Below are positions 11,644 to 23,800 of a stretch of DNA of 64,000 bases, piece by piece. Both the position numbers and the translations under genes were made by a program. The notes under the pieces were generated by a model. That model was not told the origin of the DNA. It saw nothing but the letters and a program-made list of their open reading frames with translations, and did no database searches. The DNA comes from Glaucostegus cemiculus (Eukaryota), in the NCBI GenBank assembly GCA_976551045.1, contig CDPCPM010000263.1, forward strand, positions 1,054,001-1,118,000, in the 5' to 3' direction. Numbering within the stretch: the first letter of the stretch is position 1; each line of letters opens with the position of its first letter.

Positions 11644-13020
11644 ATCATCAGAATCAGTTTTTATTGTCACAACCATATACATACATAGTATGCATAGGAG
11701 CGAGATACCGTCCTCCTCGGGCTCGTCCCATAAAATAACATAACAACCAACAGAGACACACATACACACTTGACAGAATAAACATTACAAAACATTAGAC
11801 ATTAAAAGCTACGGAAGTTAAAATTAAATTAGTACGCAGATTAAATTAAAAATGGCCGGTAAATAAATAAATAGGTCTTAAAGTGAACGGGCTGGTGTCG
11901 GGCATTTAAAGTGCTGGTGCATTTCTGTGCACCTAGCATCTCTTAGTGTTAACAAAGGAAGATGGAGGGATGAGGGAGTTTGCAGTTCTGATGGCTTGCG
12001 GAAAGAAGCTATTGTTCAGCCTGGTCGTTCTTGCCCTGATACATTTAAGCCTCCTCCCTGATGGCAAAATTGTGAACAGGCTGGTGGGAGGGGTGAGAAG
12101 GGTCGGCCATTATGCTTTTGGTCTTCCTCACACAACGGTCCTTGTATATGTCTGCGAGGGATGGAAGCGAGACACCTATGATCCACTCCGCAGCCCTAAC
12201 TATCTTCTGGAGGGACTTCCGCCCAGCAGCTGAGCAGCTTCCAAACCAAACAGTGATACATTGAGTTAGGATGCTCTCAATGGTCCCCCTATAGAAGGTT
12301 TTCATGACGGATGGGGGTACGCTTTCCTCAGTCTCCGCAGGAAGTAGAGGCGTTTCTGAGCTTTCTTCGTGAGGGCTGTAATGTTAGTGGACCAGGTCAG
12401 GTTGTCGGTGATGTGCACCCCCAGGAACTTGGTACTGCGTACTTGTTCCACAGCAGACCCGTTGATGGTCAGCGGGGCGTGCACACGGTGACCCCTCCTA
12501 AAATCCACTATCATCTCCTTCGTTTTATCCACATTCAAGGAGAGGTTGTTGTCATGGCACCACACGGCTAGTTGTTTCACCTCCTCTCTGTAGTCCGACT
12601 CATTGTCATTCGTGACAAGACCCACCACTGTCGTGTCATTGGCAAATTTAACAATGCGGTTGGAGCTGGATCTGGCCTCACAGTCGTGAGTCAACAAGGT
12701 GAACAGGAGCGGACTGAGCACACAACCCTGTGGGGAGCCAGTGCTCAGTGTGATGGTGCTTGAGGTGTTTTCACCAATTTTGACTGACTGCGGCCTGCAA
12801 GTTAGAAAATCCAGTATCCAGTTGCAGAGAGGAGAGTTAATGCCCAGAGCGCTCAACTTCCTGATTAGCTGTTGCGGGATGATGGTATTGAAAGCGGAGC
12901 TGAAGTCGATGAATAGCAGTCGGCAGTATGAGTCCTTCTTCTCTAAGTGATATAGTGCAGAGTGCATGGCAGAGGAGACTGTATCATCGGTGGACCTGTT
13001 TGCCCGATAAGCATACTGAT
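11644..13020 (-). mobile_element. 5'-truncated Rex1/Babar-type LINE (RT and C-terminal domain), inactive
   Basis: [12 protein letters not shown]...[14 protein letters not shown]...[15 protein letters not shown]...KFANDT. The catalytic ADD is changed to AND. Frameshift near 12305. (GATTCT)n tail at 11644-11657. Confidence 0.93.
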
Positions 13021-15136
13021 GATGTACTTATCAGTAAATCTAAACAACTTCACAACAATTGGGAGGAATAAAATAGACAGATATTGGTGTCATGCCTTGA
13101 ATTTGAATTGATCTCTGTATTTCAACTAGCTTATCAACTTCAAATCAGTAGGAGAAAACTTTATTGAATTTGCACCTTTTTGTTTGAATGGGTGACTATT
13201 GCAGTCCGTACATCCTCTTGTATGACCTGCAATATCCATACATGCTGTTTCTTCCAGAGTGCATAACTTCATGCCTGTGGATATTAAAAGTGCAGCTTTT
13301 GTTTATTTTGGAGATCTGTCCATGCCCTCATGAAGTTTGCCACTATCATTCTCACTAGTTACTACATTATCTGTATCATCTGCAGACATTAAAACTATAT
13401 ACCCTTTATGTTAGTCCAGGCCACTTTGAATAATTAAAATATTTGTTTCTTGCATTGATCCCTGGATACATCCCTCCAATTAGAAAAATATGCCTTCTGA
13501 ATCTCAAGTATACAATCTCAAATTATCATTAAATTTAAAAATCCATTCTAATTGTAAGATTCTTGCATTGAGATTTGACCTTCATTTTGTACAGAGTAAT
13601 ATTTAGAATTATTCCACAATATTATAACACAAATTCTGTGAATCAGTGAAAATTTAACTGTAGCAGAATAAACTCAATGGTGTTTAAATGTTAAAGAAAA
13701 AGCAGTGTCCTTTTCTATAGCACCAGGCTATTTTGGTGAAGGCTTCAGATGGGTCATGGAGGTAAATGTTCTCTGAGCAGCTGTGTGTGTGTGGTGTATT
13801 TTTATTGCACAAATTCGACTGTCTTTCTGACACCGCAAAGGATTATGACATTTTAATAATCTTGCCACCTTCTTTGCATTGTGACTGTACTTGTTTGCTG
13901 AAATTGTGGTCCTTGTTAATAATTTGTAATATCAAATCTCCTCAGATGCGTCTTACAATTGAATGTTAAAGTTTTGGTTTGAAATTGAAGATCGTGATTG
14001 TATCTCAAAGTTGGTCAAAGTATTTATTTGTGATGTAATGATTCTTCATTTAAATTGAGGAGGAAAAAGTTCCTCGAGTATGTTAACTTTAATGTGAACG
14101 TTGACATTTACTTGTACAATCCATTTTCATCTGATGTCATCTAAGCCTAATCAATTTGTCTGCCTACTAATGCTGGTGAAAGGAATAACACTTTTACAAA
14201 ACATAATTGTGAGATTGCCCTATACATGTTAAAACTGTTGTGCTATATGTTTGTCATTTTATTGTAATTTTATTACCCATTGGTGGTTTTTATTTGAATT
14301 GGAATGCTGTGTGTTCTGTTTATCTAAATTTTCTCTTGCTATGTCCATTTTGGAACAGTTGTACTGTGGGTTTCACTTTTTTCCATTAAAATGTTAACCA
14401 TGTGCTTCTATGTAATTTGTTAAAAATTCACCTTCTGAGGAGGCCAAGGGCATGGTTTAACTACAGTTTAAATTTAATTAATTAGACAATAGGGGATTTT
14501 TATATAATTTTTTAAAGAACATATTTTTTAATTTGAGTCATTTTGAAGCTCTATGATCACTAAATCTTTTGAAATTGCTCTTATATCCAAAATTAAGCCC
14601 ACAGCTAGGAAGTTAATATTATTCAAGGTTGCTGTTGTTTCCACAAAGACTTTTACTTCAGCTTGGAAATGGTTGAATGATGTAAATGCACCTGGTTTAC
14701 AAATAGGAACCCTGAAAATTCCTAACTTATCTGAAAACCTGCAGAATGAGCCACTAGTTTCTCGGTGTAATTTTCACCTTGCAACAGTTAATAACTGTTC
14801 AAGTGTTGCCATTGTAAAGTAATAAAATTTTTGGAAGTGCTCAGCACATCGGGTGGCATCCATGGAAAGATAGATTTGACATTTCAGGCCTGGGACTCTA
14901 TTGGATCCTTTCCCTTGCTTCCTGACTTGAGTTTTTTCCCCAACATTTTCTGGTTTTACTTTGGATTGCCAGCATCTGCAATATTTAATCTGCTGTGGGT
15001 GGTGTGAAAAGTGTGGATGGTAATAGATTAACTTTAATCTATTATTAAAGCTGTGAACTTTAAAGAAATTTCCATTTTCCAAAGTTTAGACTTTTCTGGG
15101 TTTAATACTTTGTAATTTTTGTTTTCTCCCCTGTAG

Positions 15137-15302
15137 CACAAGCCCGGCTAATTGCTGATCTTTGGACACCCAGTGCTCCATTTGAACAGAAATCTGGCTG
15201 TGAAACGTGGACTGTTGCATTTGCACCTGATGGCTCATACTTTGCTTGGTCTCAAGGTCATCGTGTAGTAAAATTAGTTCCTTGGTCTCTGTGCCAAAAT
15301 AA
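15137..15302 (+). CDS. WSB1: WSB1 coding exon 2
   Basis: ctgtag| acceptor. Encodes ...APFEQKSGCETWTVAFAPDGSYFAWSQGHRVVKLVPWSLCQN. Donor AA|GTGAGT. 166 nt. Confidence 0.96.
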
Positions 15303-17736
15303 GTGAGTAATATTTCACAATGTGGTTTTTGAGCAGAAATGTTAATCCAAAGGAAATCTTCTCCTCCCTTCTGTCATTCTTTCCTGACATGTACACAGGG
15401 TTGGGCTTGAGTTTGAACATCCACTGTGCTGCCACCCAGCTGTAATAATTAAAAAGTGCCTGTTTGGGCAATTTCCATGAGGCCTGCTGTGTTTCATGTC
15501 CTGAGAATGGAGGAGTGTGGATGAAGACAAACTGGTTTAGATTTGAATTGATGTGCTATGCAATTAGAAGCAATTGGTCAGTGATTAACTGAGTGTGGGA
15601 CTGAACAAATGCCAAGTCCTCTGTACAACAGTTGATTAGTCCGTGTCCTCAATCCACATGTCACTTGCTTATGTGAGGGTGGCCATTTATTGACAGCTGC
15701 TGCATTACACAAGTTCATTTTGTCTTGCTCTGAATATTGGGTTTGAACAATTGTAACAAATTGGATCTTTTTTCAAATTGTCTACTTGTACTTGCTGCTT
15801 GTAGTGCATTGTCTTGCAGCTCTTGCAAATATAGTAGCTGATATATTTGACGATGTATTCTGGACAGAAATGAAAGGAAAGTTAGTGAGATTAAGTGTAG
15901 TAGCATTTAATTTTTTTTATTACTGGTGTGATCAAATGGTTCAGAAATGTCCTTAATCCATAACCATAGCTGGGGAATTTAAATTTAAAGTCTGGCACAA
16001 AATAGCTGGTATCATTACAATGACCTGGATGTTTTCAAAAACTGTCTTCTTCACTGAAAGCCATTTTGGAAGTGAATCTACCAGACTTGCGTGGTCTGCT
16101 TCATTGTGACGTCAAAGCCACAGCATTATGATTGACATAACAAGCTTGTTAGACCATTTTGAAAGCCTTTTATGCTAAATGGTCAATAAACAGTATATTT
16201 GTTAGAAAAGGCCGTATAGACCTTGGTGTCTGATTTGGAGGTGGCGGAGACGTGCTTGGATCAGTGAATTGTGCAAAATCCACTTTGCTAATGTCATATG
16301 TTCCACAGATTGTGAAACGGGTTGTTGCATGAAAATTGAATTTCTTCGTTGATGACATAAGTTGGCAACTCTGGACACTTGAAGTAAATGTTCTTATGGC
16401 TCCGCTAACTGAAGAGCCCATAAAGCCTTATCAGGGTAAATATGGGTAGGAATATCCACTATCCCCACTTGATGAAATGGTTTCCCAGATTGGTTACCAC
16501 TTGGAAGAAACTTGATGAGCTGAATGTCTTCCTGGTGCTGAACCTCAACATTCACCAGAGTTCCCAGTACCATTTGCGTTAAGTCCTTGAGCCATGAATA
16601 TTAGAAGTGTGATAATAGCAACATCTCTTTCCATTTGTGGCTGCTCAAACAATGTAGTGGTACGTAGAAGGATGCAGAAATAGCTTCAGTCATGCTCATG
16701 TGGCAAATAATGTTTGATATAATGTGTGCCAGGCAATAACCATCTCCAAGGATTTATCCTGAATTTTGATGACCCTTAGCTTTACCAAATTCCTGATTTG
16801 TCTACATCTTGGTCACAATTGACGAGGAACCTGAATGGACCAGCTGTAGAAATGCCATGGATACAAGAGTAAATTACAAGCAGGGTATTTTACAGCAAAT
16901 CTCTTCCTTGGCCCCAATCTCACCATTTTCTATTAAGATGGAATACTTTGCACTTTGTTGCATGAGTGCCAATCCACCAGTATTTAAGAAGGAAACATGA
17001 CTGTTGGGAAAAGCAGCGTGTTGGACCAAATGTGTACCTGTGATGTTAACTTGCTCCTCCACCAGCACATTGTCTGTTGTGTCTACAACCTACAGCAGCA
17101 AATGCATTCAACGTCACTCCAATTTCAGATGTGGAAATGCAGCAACAATAAAGTGTAGTCAATGCTTTTTTTGGGTTTTTTTGTTTTAAATAAAAATTTT
17201 GAAATACTTGCAGTGCTGTAGGAATGTTTATTACAAACTGCAGGACTTCAAGAAACCTTAAGCTCTCTTGTGGATAATTTGGTTTGGATAGTAAATGCTG
17301 GCCTTCCAGTGACACTATCTTGTGTGTAATGGAATTAACATTTCACTGCATAGCAAACAATATGTTCAAATTGCAAGTTCTATGTCAGTTGTTTTTCTTC
17401 ATGGGGAAGATGAGCAATTGGTTTACCTAAAGATGTTTGTTGAAATCATTGGTGGAAAATGGACTGTTATTGGAAAGTTGTTTTTCTAAATCATGTGAAT
17501 GGGGACAATTTAATTCATATGACTGGTAAATAGTTAACGTCTTAAAATGGTTGTTTGCAATATTTAACCTTAACACTTTTTCAATAAAGGAAGTAGTGAT
17601 TCGATTCTTGAACGCTGCACATACTGTGATTCTGATTCCTGCTTATGCTTTCCAAGATAAAATGTATTACAGTTCAATTAACTTTTAAATTTCATGGTTC
17701 TTGTTACTAACTATGTGCTTTATTTCTTCCTAAAAG

Positions 17737-17996
17737 ATTGTGTATTGACGAGTACAATAATACAGTCAATAAGAGTCCCAGAAAGCAAAATTCTGATGCT
17801 CAGAAGAATGCACCAGAAGAGCATACAATAGACTGTGGAGATATTGTGTGGGCCCTTGCTTTTGGTTCCTCTGTACCTGGAAAACGCAGTCGCTGTGTGA
17901 ACATCGAATGGCATCGATTCAAGTTTGGCCGAGACCAGCTATTGTTGGCAACTGGCTTGAGCAATGGGCGTATCAAAATTTGGGATGTGTACACAG
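17737..17996 (+). CDS. WSB1: WSB1 coding exon 3
   Basis: EHTIDCGDIVWALAFGSSVPGKRSRCVNIEWHRFKFGRDQLLLATGLSNGRIKIWDVYT. AG/GT bounded. 260 nt. Confidence 0.96.
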
Positions 17997-18540
17997 GTAT
18001 TGTACAGATCCTAAAAATATTTTTAATCGCTTCTTCCTGCAACTTTTGTCAAGATGGCACCTCAAATCTGATGAATAGTCAATGACCTGAAACATGGGTA
18101 CTTTTGCAGATAATGGCTACACTTTATATTGATTGTACACCAAGAAAAGGAACTGTCAATTTTTAGCCAGCAACCAAGTGTTCTTGACATCCTTTATTTT
18201 TGCCATATTCTTTAGGGCAAAAGCAATTCTTTTGATCAATTACATTAGTCTGGTGCTTGCAAATTGCCTTTAGTTGAATGGTGGAATGTAAGAAAATCAT
18301 ATTACAAGGGGGTCATTTGACTCTATCCATACCTAAAAAGAACCAGTTTTGCTTCTTAGCTCTTGGTCTGCAGCTTTGAATGTTATTACATGTGTTCATC
18401 AAGATTTTTTTTTAAAATATGGTTCAGGCAGAAACTTACTTTTTTTTATAAGGGGAAATTCTGGTTCCTTTTTGAAGTTCCTCTAAGTTCCCATTTCCCA
18501 CATGCTTCCCTCCCACCCCTCCCCACCAAAAAAAAACTCC

Positions 18541-19020
18541 AAGCAAAACACAATGCGGGAGGAACTCAGTAGGTCAGGCAGCATCTATGGAGGGAAATAA
18601 AGACACCTTGTGTCTCTTATTAGTCACATGTACATTGCAACACAGTGAAATGGACCTTTTGCATAGTGTTCTGGGGGCAGCCCACAAGTGTCGCCATGCT
18701 TCCAGCGTCAACATAGCACGCCCACCACTTCCTATCCCGTACTTCTTTGGAATGTGGGAGGAAACCAGAGGCAAGTGGAAACCCAGGGAGAACGTACAAA
18801 CTCCTTACAGACTGGCTGGAATTGAACCCGGGTCACTGGTGCGGTAATAGCTAACAGCAGCACTAAATAGTCAACATTTTGGGTCAAGACTCTTCAGGAC
18901 TGAAGGGTTTCGACCTGAAACGCAGATTTCCCTCCATGTATGCTTTCTGACCTGCTGAGTTCCTTCAGCACTTTGTGTGTGTGTTGCTCTGGGTTCCAGC
19001 ATCTGCAGAGTCTCTTGTGC
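18541..19020. mobile_element. Penelope-derived hairpin element with nested antisense V-SINE (~18613-18862)
   Basis: Left arm GGAGGAACTCAGTAGGTCAGGCAGCATC is interrupted by a SINE and then resumes. Right arm CCTGCTGAGTTCCTTCAGC is its inverted copy. Confidence 0.8.
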
Positions 19021-19257
19021 CCCCATCTTCAAGTTCTGTTTTATTAAAAATCCATGCCCTGATTTGATTTTTTTCGCTACCCATAGAAATGAGTCATTCT
19101 CATTCAATCCTGAGTTGCATAATGAAACTTTGTGTGGGGCCAATTTTTGCAGAACAATGGCTAAATATTTAAAACATATTCTAATTGTAACATGATCTTG
19201 AACTGAGTGTCAATTGTTTGGTCACTACATATTTCCATTGTATTATCTTTGTTTCAG

Positions 19258-19389
19258 GTAAATTCCTCCTTAATTTGATGGACCATAATGAAATTGTTCG
19301 TGATTTGACCTTTGCACCTGATGGCAGCCTTATCCTTGTTTCTGCATCAAGAGATAAAACTCTAAGAGTCTGGGACCTTAAGGATGATG
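19258..19389 (+). CDS. WSB1: WSB1 coding exon 4
   Basis: GKFLLNLMDHNEIVRDLTFAPDGSLILVSASRDKTLRVWDLKDD (WD40 repeat). 132 nt. Confidence 0.97.
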
Positions 19390-20722
19390 GTATGTCTTTT
19401 TTTAACAAAGGAAAACTTAGCTTTCTGTGACATATATTTCCATGGAATAAATCCAGTCAGAATCTATGAACCATAACTGCTTTATTCATAACACATTAAG
19501 TAATGAAAGTGGCAAATAGAAAACTGGCTTTCATGTCAAAGGAACTAATATGCAAATTAATCCAGTAGTACAGCACTGGACGGAAACAATTCAAGTACTG
19601 TATTAAGTTTTGAGTGCTCACCTTTTGGGTTTTTTAAAGAATTGTAAGAGGTTGGCACAACTCAAATTGTTAGTAGACAGAATTGGTCAGAATTGAGGTT
19701 TGGGTTTATAGACTTAAGGTCTTGAATTCAGAAGGTGTTAAAGGAGTCTCCTAAAATGATAAAGGCATTCATTGAGGTAAACTCAAAGTTTTACTCCGGC
19801 AGTGAGGAATCCAGAACTAAGGAGTTTAAGGTTATTGTTTGAATTTCAATTGACAGATTTAAAAAAAACCTTTACCAGGAAAGGCACTGGAAGTAAAGAT
19901 TCCTTGCCCAGAAATGATATTGGATAGTGCTCCTGTGTGCAAGTTGTGTAGAAGCCCACTAAAAATGTAATGGTAACATTTATTGCCCATCAAGAATTTG
20001 GGTCAAGCACTTGTCGCATTAAGTTGTGATGTTTTTCTGACACAAGGTGTGTACCTTGTGATATAATAATTTGCACACCTTCCTGTCTTTATTACATAAA
20101 TGGGAGCTTCCGGGAGTAACCTGTGACAGTTGTTAAATTCTCACAGGGCAAATGCATCATGCTACTTTGCATTTCTTGTTTTAAAGAAGCATTTGGGAGA
20201 CCTGAACTGAGCAACTTCAGAAGTGATAGTAGACTGCTCAAAAGATCTGGGGAAATAGTATTTTTATAGTGTTCTACAACTAACAGCTCCTTTCTCCAGC
20301 ATCTCTTACTGGAAATGCAACTGATTAATCAATTGAATGAGTGAATTTCACTGGCATTGGTAACACTAATGCCACCATTTCCAGTGGAACAGTACTTTAG
20401 TCCTGTTGCAGTTTCAAAGCTTCAGCAACCCAGATTTGACCTTGACCTCCTGATGCTGTCTTTGTCGGAGTTTCTTCCTCTGAGAACCTGGGTTGCCCTC
20501 AAGTGCTCTCATTTCTTCCCATGTTGCAAAGGCTTGCTGGTTGATGGGTGATTTACAGCAGCCAATTTAGTGTAATTGGATGGTAGGAGAGGGAATGGTT
20601 TGTAGGAAACTTTGTACATCTTGAAAGCTGAAGATGTGTGGAGAGCTTTGTGCTAAATCTGGGGGAGAAAACATGCCTGCATTTATCCTGAATTAGATTT
20701 AACTATGTCTAAATTTTTACAG

Positions 20723-20823
20723 GCAATATGGTGACCGTACTAAGGGGACATAACAACTGGGTGTATTGCTGTGCCTTCTCCCCAGATTCAAACGTTCTCT
20801 GTTCTGTCGGAGCTGGAAAAGCG
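20723..20823 (+). CDS. WSB1: WSB1 coding exon 5
   Basis: GNMVTVLRGHNNWVYCCAFSPDSNVLCSVGAGKA. tttacag| acceptor and |GTATGT donor. 101 nt. Confidence 0.96.
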
Positions 20824-23800
20824 GTATGTGTTGAAGTTCCTCCTCATTTAAAAAAAATTTGTTTCATTAATTGGTGATCATGATTTTGCATGAATTGTTT
20901 TGTATTTTGGCATTCCTGAGTGTATTTGACTCTTTAGAGCTAGAGATTGTTGGTGCTATCAAGATACAGAAGCATTGCCACATGAGAAATGTTCAAAAAA
21001 AATTACGCTGGCCTTCAATAATAATACACTTTGAAAATTCAGTTCTTTTGGTGTATTTCAGCACATGCCCATAATTAAAGTTTTTAAATGTTTTCATCGC
21101 TGTACTGCAGAGCATGTGTTCAGGAAAATAAGTTTGACTCTTGAACGTTATTTAACATGTGTCTTTTTTGTATATTTAAAAAAACTCCTTCTGAACTAAT
21201 CTTACCAGAATTCCTGATTTTTGGATACATTATCTGTAAGCATGACTTCTTTGCCATTGATATTATTGCTGTGAAAACCAGAAGATGAGGAAGAAGTTAA
21301 CTTTCCAGTTTTCAATCTCAAATTACCATAAATTTTTCAACCAATTTTGGGGTTCAATGAAGTTTAACTTTTTAAATAAAACCAGTTCAAAAAATCCCAG
21401 TAAACAACAAACTTGAATGTTTATTTCTTGTCCTTTTTAATCTGCCACTGGCTAAGAGGACAGACACAACCCCCTTTCATGGCACCTGATGGTTACAAGT
21501 ATAAACAAAGGGGGTGGGTAAGTTTGTGCAAGAATGTATCTGGAGGATTTGCTACAGCTTCATCCCTGTTGGGTAGGGTTCCATGGACACTTCAGATGTC
21601 ATGATTAGAATCAAATGATGCATTTTGTATAAAATTTAATATTCTAAGATGTTGGCTGTAACCAAATGGCCTATTACTAAACTTCAATAACCATTTACCT
21701 CCTTCAGACTTCCCAAGGAGAAAAAGGGGCCTGATCAGACATCTCCTCTTTGCTTGTATGACTTGTGATATTGGCAGCCATCAGAAAACATACTTGCATT
21801 TGGTTGCGCAGATTCTTTAAAACTGGTTTCAAGCCTTGACCCTTTATGTTGGGAACAAATGGGCTCAATTAAAGGCCATTCAGAGTTTTAGTGCATTGTT
21901 TCTTTAATCCTGCTCAAACTCAACTTTAGCTGTTTTATTTAATTTCTTTATTATTATTGCTCACTGGTAACATTCACAAAAGCAGCATGTATTCACTGCT
22001 CAATCATATCTATCTGTATAAATAATACATTTGCAATTTTTTTGTATCCTTTTCATTGTACTCAGTTTTTCATTCTTCTTCAGTCTTGTCATTCCATGTT
22101 GTGTGTTTAACTCTACTATGACTAATAATACAAGTTTAGAAAATCTTTTCTGAAATCAATAAGCAAACCTGTATAAAATGAGACTTTTTTAACTGTGATA
22201 TCGGACCTTCAGTTAATGATCGAGATTAATAAGTTTATGGAGGAGGGAGACAATGACAAGAATTGAAATCAAATTAAATTAAAACCTGCAATCCTTGAGT
22301 TGCTAGCTTGACCCTAGCACAAGAAAGCACAATAAACCTTACCAACTGCTTATTCTGTGCAATGCAAATGTGTGCTGCCAGTCATTTGGACTGAATAATT
22401 TCCAAGTACCCCTTTAGATTTTTACTGACCATTTTGTGTGTTTCAACCATAAATGTCTACTCCTGCATCTTTTGGTAATGAATTTTCTAAGGAAAATGAG
22501 GTTGTATAAAGAATTACTGAACAGTAATTACACAGTAGTATTGCTTTGCATAATGTTATGAGTAACATCCTGGATTTTGACAAAATTTACTTGATAACAT
22601 TAAATGATAGTGGTGACTTGTTTCAGGGTTAAGGTGTTAATAAATCAATTCTTCCACCACTAAATAAAAAGGCAAAGACTCCTTTTGATGCATAACTCAT
22701 TCTGGAGTGACTTATCCAGGTAACTATTAATCACTACCTGGGCAGTGGGTGATTAAAATTGTAGGCTGGTAGTTGGCCCAAGCCCCATAAAACCGTAGCT
22801 AAAACTAAATCTTGCTGTTATAGATTTGATTTTTTTTTCTCCATTGTTATAAAATACTTGTTGGTCTTGTTTAAAAAAATATACTTGGGCAATTGTAGTG
22901 TAATAAAATTATAACAAGAGCAACAATGCTACTAATAGAACCTGGGCACCTAATGGATCTTTTAATTGCCTTTATAATTGTTTTTGCTTATCATTCAGTC
23001 ACAAATAGCGTTGAAGTAAGTTTTGCTATACTCCATGTAGTCTTTATAACATTCTAATAGTGAAGTAGAATTGCATTTCTATCACTGTGTGCAGAAGCAC
23101 TTCTTAACTTAAAGCCTTAACTTTAAGAAATTTATAGCCCTAGCCTGAAACACCGGTTAGTGGGGTAGGAGAGTTCTATCCAACCCTCCCTTCCCATTAA
23201 TATCAAATTGACCATAAAACTTCAGGGAATACAATTCTAGTTTGTGTACTTTTTTTGTAACTTAACTTTGGAATCCAGGTATCAGTATATTGAATCTAGG
23301 CTTGGAGGCAAATAATCCTTCCCAATGCATGATGTCTAGAACTGTTCCTCATGTTCCAGCTATGAACTGACCAGACTTTGCATTATAAATTCCAGTATCT
23401 TGCTCTCCAGTCCTCGAGATACCAAGATACACACTAGGTCTTCTTGATGTTGTTCTGTACCTGTCCATGATGCCTCTTCAGAGCTTCATTGCTTTTGACT
23501 TTGCAGTTTAGAAAGACAACTTAACGATTGCTTGCATTGCAATCTGTTTGCACAGTTTTGCTTATTTTGCCCTACCTTTTTAATCCTTCATTTGACTTTT
23601 GTTTGCATTGCTTACAGTGCCAACTCTTTACATTTTATATCAACAGAAAACTGCATGTGGTATTGTTCCAACTTCTGAACCACTTGATTAAGGTGTGATA
23701 GTTGCAGTCCCAGTGCAGAATCTTCCAGGTGGTAACTAGACTTATCCTGCAAATTTGAGCACCTCCCAGTTATTCCCACCTTGTCTTCTGTTGCTCTGTT

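Noticed and set aside
12045-12967. Active or domesticated reverse transcriptase
   Set aside because: 5'-truncated, frameshifted, and the catalytic motif reads FAND instead of FADD.
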